A stretch of 64,000 bases of DNA, from NCBI GenBank assembly GCA_046483985.1, contig JAWOCD010000090.1, positions 58,294-122,293 of the forward strand, read 5' to 3'. The notes beneath the pieces are model-generated. The model made no database searches and was not told the origin of the DNA. It was given only the letters and a program-made list of their open reading frames with translations. Positions 58,796 to 64,000 of this stretch are shown in pieces. Source of the DNA: Promethearchaeia archaeon. Lineage in GTDB: Archaea; Asgardarchaeota; Lokiarchaeia; Sigyniarchaeales; SOKP01. Position 1 is the stretch's first letter; every line of letters begins with the position of its first letter. A program made the translations under genes and the position numbers.

Positions 58796-58898
58796 ACATT
58801 TGACTTTTTCTGTTCTCTATGTATATATCACATTCAAAGTATTTCTCTATGAAGCAATACTTAAAAATACAGCAATACTTATAAATACGTAAGTTTAT
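58751..58898 (+). repeat. Direct repeat copy A (GTPase 3' end plus downstream region)
   Basis: First 61 nt match 62787-62847 with 4 mismatches; similarity continues through ATGAAGCAATAC and ATAAATACGTAA. Confidence 0.9.
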
Positions 58899-59145
58899 AG
58901 AGGGCTCTTACCTTTCTCTAAAACTGATTTTAACCCCGTAGAGTTATTGACTTTATTATTCCAGAACTTTGTCTCTTCGTGAATCTGTCTTGTCAACGAT
59001 TCCAATCCTTCTTGGACTTCAAATTAGCGTCACCAAACCAGAAGGAAATCTCCTAATAAACGTAAATGAACTCCTTCATGATATAATGATAATAAAAAAG
59101 TAAGAATTGACATAATAATTTCAGAACAACAATAATTTTGAAAGT

Positions 59146-62100
59146 CTATAATTTATCAAAAAACTTTTGAATTTTCCCCCTTTTTTGGGCTTTTTTCATT
59201 TTCGGAAGTGTGAAGAAAAAGGTTGTTCCTACTCCCAGCTCACTATCGAACCAGATCCTCCCTCCGTGTAAATTAACTACTCTCCTTGCTAAGGGGAGCC
59301 CCAGCCCAGTTCCCTCTGAATTACTGATATATGGACTTTCTATCCTTTTAAACTCCTTAAAGACTTTATCATAATCTTCTTTTTTTATACCTATTCCTGT
59401 ATCTCTAACTTGAAATTCCCAGAACTTCTCAGTCTCACTAAAATCTATGGAAATAGTTCCGTTGACTGTAAATTTTACCGCATTAGAGAGAAGATTATAA
59501 AAAATGGATCTTAATTTGATCGGGTCGGCTTGGATTTTTCTAGGATTTTCAGTTCCGTTTATTTTCACTTCAAGGCCTTTCTCTTTTAGTATAGGCTTAA
59601 ATTCAGATATAACATTATCTAGAAAAGGCTTAATAGAAATTTCTTCAATTTGAAGTTCCATTGCCCCAGATTCGATTTTAGAAATATCCATTATTTCGTC
59701 AATTAAATTTAATAGATGCTGACTACTCGAACTAATATTCTCCAAAAATTCGAATTGAGATTCTTCTACTTTTCCGTAGGCCTCTTCAAGTAATAGGTCT
59801 GTAAAGCCTATGATTGAGTTCAGAGGTGTTCTTAATTCATGAGACATGGATGCCATAAATTGGGATTTAAATTGAGATGCTTTTGTCACTTGTTCTAAAT
59901 AAAGTTTCTGTTTTCTTAATGCTAGTTGGTGCTCGAATTTATTACTAATGATTTCAGAAACAATCTTTAGAGATGTCAGCATACTTCTCTCCCATTTTCT
60001 TGTTTCTTCTAAATTATCGTATCCTATGAATCCATAGAGTTTATCTTCAACATAAATGGGATATACTAAGATTGATTTAACCCCTTGTTCCTCCAACATC
60101 TCCTCTTCTGTTGAGGCTTCGGGGGGCATATTTGAAACATTTTCAATATGAATAAAATTTCTTTTTTTTAGTGTTTCTATCCACCAAGGAAACATACTCT
60201 TAGGCAAATTCTGGAGGTTATCCTTCTCGGCGGATACACCTTCAGCACACCATTCATATTCGTTGCTCATAGTTCCGTCATCGTTAAAAAGGAATATATA
60301 CACACGATCCGCGGCACTTGACTCTCCTAAATCTTCTAAAGTAGCAGTGATTGCTTTATCTAGGTTTATCGTGCCTACAAAACGAGAAGATATTTTTGAA
60401 ATTACTTTTTCAAAATTCAATTTCCTCCTTATAAGCTTATTGACTTTTTCTAATTCTTTTGTTCTCTCTTGAACCTTTTTTTCTAATTCTCTGTTAAGTT
60501 GATCCTTTAATTTTTGGGTCTCCTTTATAGAGGTTATGTCGGCGAGGATCATTTGGACATATTGCCCATCTTCATATCTGAAATGTCTGGAATTAGTTTT
60601 TATCCATCGAATTTGATTCTCCCTATTTTTAATTCTAAACTCGATTAACTCAGGTTCATTCCCGGAAAACAAATCATTTAGATTCCTCTTTAACTTATTT
60701 AATTTTTTTTCTTCAATAAAAATATCTAAATTATAGAATTTTTTTCCAATAATTTTACCCTTATCCATTTTTAGTAGATTCTCTAGTTCTTTATTGCAGT
60801 CAATAATTTTACTCTCAAAATCTAAGAGCAATATTGGATAAGGTGCGTGTTCTATTAAGTCGTAATATCTTTTTTCCGATTCTTTTAATTTTTTTTCTAC
60901 CCTTTTCTGCTCTGTAATATCCATGAAAATACAAGCAAAATATTCTTTTTTTGGGGAATATGCCGTTACATAATACCATCGCTGGAGCGGTTCTGAAAAG
61001 TTTTCAAATTCAATTTGATTACCTGTAAGTGCTACTTTTCCATACCGACCTATCCAATTCGCGGGATCATTTTCTATTCCAGGTAAGACATGAGTGACTT
61101 TTTTTCCAATAATATTTTCCTTTTTTAACCCCGATAGTTTTTCAAAGTGGGAGTTCACTTCTAAAAAGATATAATCAATTGGTTTCCCTTTTTGATCATA
61201 AAGTGCCCTATGGTAAGCAAATCCTGCCGACATATTATTGAATAAGGAACGGTATTTCTGTTCTGATTGCTTTAAAGCTTTTTCTGCCATTTTTTCCCTA
61301 ATATAAGTTTCTAAAATTGTTGCAATATTCTCAATTAGATCTCTTTCTTCCTTTAAAAATTTACCTTCATCGAATTCGGGTGTTTGTTCTAAATAATAGA
61401 CCTTAATGGCTCCTTTTGGTTGTCCGTTGATAGTTATCTTGGTTGACAGTTTCCATTTTGTTTTATTATAATTAGTTGTTTTAAACTCTTGCCCTTCATA
61501 TGAGATTTTAGCACAAGTGATTTTTGGAAACTGCCACGCTTTAGGTATTAGTTTGACAATTTTTTGAAAGATTTCTTCCAATTCTGAATTGGCTTTCTGA
61601 ATCAACTCATAGATCTTATAGAGACAACCTAGTTCCTTTATTCTTTCCCTCAATTTTTTTTTGGTTTTTTTTCGTTCAGTAATATCCCGAGAAATAATTA
61701 TTCCCTTTAAGTTTCCCTTATTATCTGTAAAGGTTTTTCCTCTACTTTCAAGCCACACCCAATGCCCGTCTTTATCCCTAAATCTAAATTCTGCGCTTGC
61801 TTCTCCATTTTTGAATCCTTTTTTTGCCAGCTTTAATATTTTTTCCTTATCATCGGGATGGACTAATTTAATGGCTTGAACCCCTAAAATATCCTCTTTT
61901 TTGTATCCCATCAATCTATAAAAAGCATCTTCATTAATGTATTCATACTCAAAATTATCATTTATTACCATGACCATATCGTTTGCTTGATCCGAAAGAA
62001 ATCCATATTTCTTTTCAGATTCTAATGTAATCTCCGATTCTGATTTCTTTTTTGTAAGGTTTTTTGAATTTACTTTCCGCGCAATGTTTAAAATAGCATG

Positions 62101-62433
62101 GACATTGTCATTTTTACACAGTGGGATTCCATAAGAATTTATAGAAATTATTTCTCCTTGTTTAGTCTTCATTTTGAAAATATTATCTCTTGTTGGTTTG
62201 TTCCCTTTACTAATTTTCTTAATTTGTTTCTTTATTTTAGCCATACTTTCCTGAATAAATAAATCCGGAAGTGTAATTGAGCTTATTTCATCTCTATTGT
62301 AGCCGAAAGCTTTAACTGCTCTTTCATTCGCATCCAGAAGATTACCTTGCAAGTCGTGGATAAAAATAAGATCCTTTGAATAATTAAATAACCCACTATA
62401 CTTTTTTCTGATCCGGTCTTTACTATATCTCAT
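59146..62433 (-). CDS. Cytoplasmic multi-PAS/GAF sensor histidine kinase
   Basis: Four PAS domains (DITE PAC motifs), GAF-like segments, H-box MSHELRTPLNSIIG, NLLSNAVKFT, DTGIGI, GTGLGL. Confidence 0.96.
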   Translation of the reverse strand: MRYSKDRIRKKYSGLFNYSKDLIFIHDLQGNLLDANERAVKAFGYNRDEISSITLPDLFIQESMAKIKKQIKKISKGNKPTRDNIFKMKTKQGEIISINSYGIPLCKNDNVHAILNIARKVNSKNLTKKKSESEITLESEKKYGFLSDQANDMVMVINDNFEYEYINEDAFYRLMGYKKEDILGVQAIKLVHPDDKEKILKLAKKGFKNGEASAEFRFRDKDGHWVWLESRGKTFTDNKGNLKGIIISRDITERKKTKKKLRERIKELGCLYKIYELIQKANSELEEIFQKIVKLIPKAWQFPKITCAKISYEGQEFKTTNYNKTKWKLSTKITINGQPKGAIKVYYLEQTPEFDEGKFLKEERDLIENIATILETYIREKMAEKALKQSEQKYRSLFNNMSAGFAYHRALYDQKGKPIDYIFLEVNSHFEKLSGLKKENIIGKKVTHVLPGIENDPANWIGRYGKVALTGNQIEFENFSEPLQRWYYVTAYSPKKEYFACIFMDITEQKRVEKKLKESEKRYYDLIEHAPYPILLLDFESKIIDCNKELENLLKMDKGKIIGKKFYNLDIFIEEKKLNKLKRNLNDLFSGNEPELIEFRIKNRENQIRWIKTNSRHFRYEDGQYVQMILADITSIKETQKLKDQLNRELEKKVQERTKELEKVNKLIRRKLNFEKVISKISSRFVGTINLDKAITATLEDLGESSAADRVYIFLFNDDGTMSNEYEWCAEGVSAEKDNLQNLPKSMFPWWIETLKKRNFIHIENVSNMPPEASTEEEMLEEQGVKSILVYPIYVEDKLYGFIGYDNLEETRKWERSMLTSLKIVSEIISNKFEHQLALRKQKLYLEQVTKASQFKSQFMASMSHELRTPLNSIIGFTDLLLEEAYGKVEESQFEFLENISSSSQHLLNLIDEIMDISKIESGAMELQIEEISIKPFLDNVISEFKPILKEKGLEVKINGTENPRKIQADPIKLRSIFYNLLSNAVKFTVNGTISIDFSETEKFWEFQVRDTGIGIKKEDYDKVFKEFKRIESPYISNSEGTGLGLPLARRVVNLHGGRIWFDSELGVGTTFFFTLPKMKKAQKRGKIQKFFDKL

Positions 62434-62551
62434 ATTTAAAATTAAAAGTTCATTTTATAATAAAATGAATAAAATTTTTATTTTTTCTTTTTTTCATCAT
62501 TTATTTTTTCAATTTATCATAATTTAAATATGATGTTACTAAGATTATATT

Positions 62552-62751
62552 AGTTATTACAGGTCATTCAATTCAAGGCTTTATTTTGGTACTCCGTACA
62601 ATGGATGAGACCTTAGAAAAAAATTGGCAAGATGGTGACTGAGTGGAAATCCTCCCCTCTCATAAACAACTAGGACACCGCAATCGCGGGAAGCCTATAG
62701 ATTAAACTTGGGATAAACCTAGAGAAACCGTCTAATGATCCTGTAATAACT
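62552..62751. mobile_element. 200-bp MITE-like element with terminal inverted repeats
   Basis: AGTTATTACAGGTCATT (62552-62568) vs the reverse complement of 62734-62751, AGTTATTACAGGATCATT (one indel); interior richer in GC than the flanks. Confidence 0.65.
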
Positions 62752-62786
62752 CTTTTTCATTCCAAGAAGTCAAATAAATGCAGTGG

Positions 62787-62905
62787 CTCAAAAAGAATAA
62801 TATCCAAGAGAAATTATGGATTGAAGTCTAAACATTTGGCTTTTTCTTCTATTTCTATAAAATGCATTTTTTCATGAAGCAATACATATAAATACGTAAC
62901 TTTAT
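62787..62905 (+). repeat. Direct repeat copy B (orphan copy of the GTPase 3' end, LKKNNIQEKLWIEV*)
   Basis: Matches 58751-58898; lies immediately upstream of the second GTPase gene. Confidence 0.9.
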
Positions 62906-62975
62906 TAAGTTATTGATAAGGGATTTTATTTGAACATTTTTTGGATATATTTGAATTACTTATAGGGTTATTATC

Positions 62976-63500
62976 TTGAATATAGATTACACTTTCAAGG
63001 TCATAGTTGCGGGAGATGAGCAAGTCGGAAAGACCACTCTCCTCAAACGCTTCGTTGAGGGAAAATTTAGCGCCACTACTAAAATGACCATTGGGGTAGA
63101 TATTTTACGAAAGAATGTGGAGTTGGATAATGGAGAGCTCTGTGCCTTGCAACTGTGGGATTTTGGGGGACAAGACCAGTTCCGGTTTTTCCAAGACGGG
63201 TTTGTACGGGGTTCTAATGCGGCGTTTATGATGTTTGACCTGACAAGACCCAACACATTACTCAGTTTAGAAAAAGAATGGATTAAAATTGTCCGAAAAT
63301 TTAATAAAGAGATCCCCCTTCTACTTATCGGCACGAAATATGATCTGCAGCAGTTAATCTCCATTAAAGACCAAACAGTCTTAAGAGTAAAAAAAAAATT
63401 TGGTATGATAGATTATATAAAGACTTCTTCTAAGACCGGTTTTAATGTAGAGAAAACCTTCGAAATAATTACGAATCATTTACTGAAACAATTATTTTAA
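62976..63500 (+). CDS. Rab-like small GTPase (paralogue of 58241..58795)
   Basis: GDEQVGKTT, MTIGV, WDFGGQDQF, TKYD, TSSKTG. Confidence 0.95.
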   Translation: MNIDYTFKVIVAGDEQVGKTTLLKRFVEGKFSATTKMTIGVDILRKNVELDNGELCALQLWDFGGQDQFRFFQDGFVRGSNAAFMMFDLTRPNTLLSLEKEWIKIVRKFNKEIPLLLIGTKYDLQQLISIKDQTVLRVKKKFGMIDYIKTSSKTGFNVEKTFEIITNHLLKQLF

Positions 63501-63553
63501 TGAATTGTTCGAAATCGTGTATGTACGATAATCCAGTGTACGCTTTAAGGTAT

Positions 63554-64000
63554 TTATTCTTCAAACAAGGGGACCAAGTACTTTTTGTCAATGAGCTCTA
63601 AAAGTGTCGCAGTAATTCGTTCCTTGGGTTCATTCGGCAACACGCTGATGAGATAATTGCGGAGTTCCGCGATGTTTAAATGTTTTTCGGACATTAATTC
63701 AAAGGTTTGAGTTATCTCTAAAACGGTTTTCTCAAAATCTTCTAATTTGGCTTTGACGAGTTTCGGATTGATGACATGGGGAGTGTATAAGGTAAGCCGA
63801 AATTTCTTCGATGACAATTTCATAAAATCCCGGTAATACTTCGTAACGCCGTCAAAATCCTTTAAGTGTTTTTCGTATTTCGATTCAAATCGCGTGATAA
63901 AGTTAGATACACCCTCTTTAAGTGTATCAGAAGGCCTTTGATCTAGGACCAACGCAACTCTCACATATTTCCCATCTTCTAACATGATTTTATAGTCCTG
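63554..64000 (-). CDS. C-terminal longin-like/winged-helix tail of a paralogue of the 1368-aa surface protein, 5'-truncated by the window edge
   Basis: Frame is open to the window end: QDYKIMLEDGKYVRVALVL...FESKYEKHLKDFDG...PHVIN...PKERI aligns with QDYQILLKDGEYIRVGLIL...FETAYEKPLKDFRG...PHVVN...PKEKI. Confidence 0.88.
   Translation of the reverse strand, partial: QDYKIMLEDGKYVRVALVLDQRPSDTLKEGVSNFITRFESKYEKHLKDFDGVTKYYRDFMKLSSKKFRLTLYTPHVINPKLVKAKLEDFEKTVLEITQTFELMSEKHLNIAELRNYLISVLPNEPKERITATLLELIDKKYLVPLFEE

Noticed and set aside
1-64000. CRISPR array, tRNA (including tRNA-Sec) or rRNA genes
   Set aside because: No regularly spaced repeats or cloverleaf/rRNA-like GC-rich segments seen by eye; a tRNAscan/Infernal run would be needed to exclude them formally.

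Overview
AT-rich archaeal chromosomal segment, most consistent with a Lokiarchaeia (Asgard) genome. This is inferred from the archaeal uL16/L10e gene, three Rab-like GTPases and one Rag-like GTPase, longin-, arrestin-, PCI- and V4R-like domains, and a eukaryote-type SECIS. Housekeeping and metabolic content: dnaK-dnaJ with a divergent grpE, a B12-dependent acyl-CoA mutase cluster with isobutyryl-CoA-mutase-type residues, thrC, and transporters. Main highlights: (1) A 10-kb Hdr/Mvh/FrhB redox cluster whose first two genes are broken in the ORF track. They are intact selenoprotein genes (hdrA with 3 in-frame UGA, mvhD/vhuD with 2, all aligning to Cys in paralogues in the same cluster). I found one SECIS hairpin, and its core AUGA is the mvhD stop codon. 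(2) A co-oriented block of HEAT solenoid, FrhB fused to an appendage-like domain, Rag-like GTPase and arrestin/Vps26-like protein, in which the FrhB and arrestin proteins share a homologous C-terminal domain. This is a candidate redox-coupled proto-coat or signalling module. (3) A probable sulfoquinovose transaldolase (sulfo-TAL/SFT) cluster. (4) Longin-tailed surface proteins next to Rab-like GTPases, and a Rab gene coupled to a pseudo-KaiC-V4R fusion. (5) Non-autonomous IS200/IS605 derivatives and other repeats. No rRNA, tRNA or CRISPR array was recognised. All family assignments are by eye from motifs; no searches were run.
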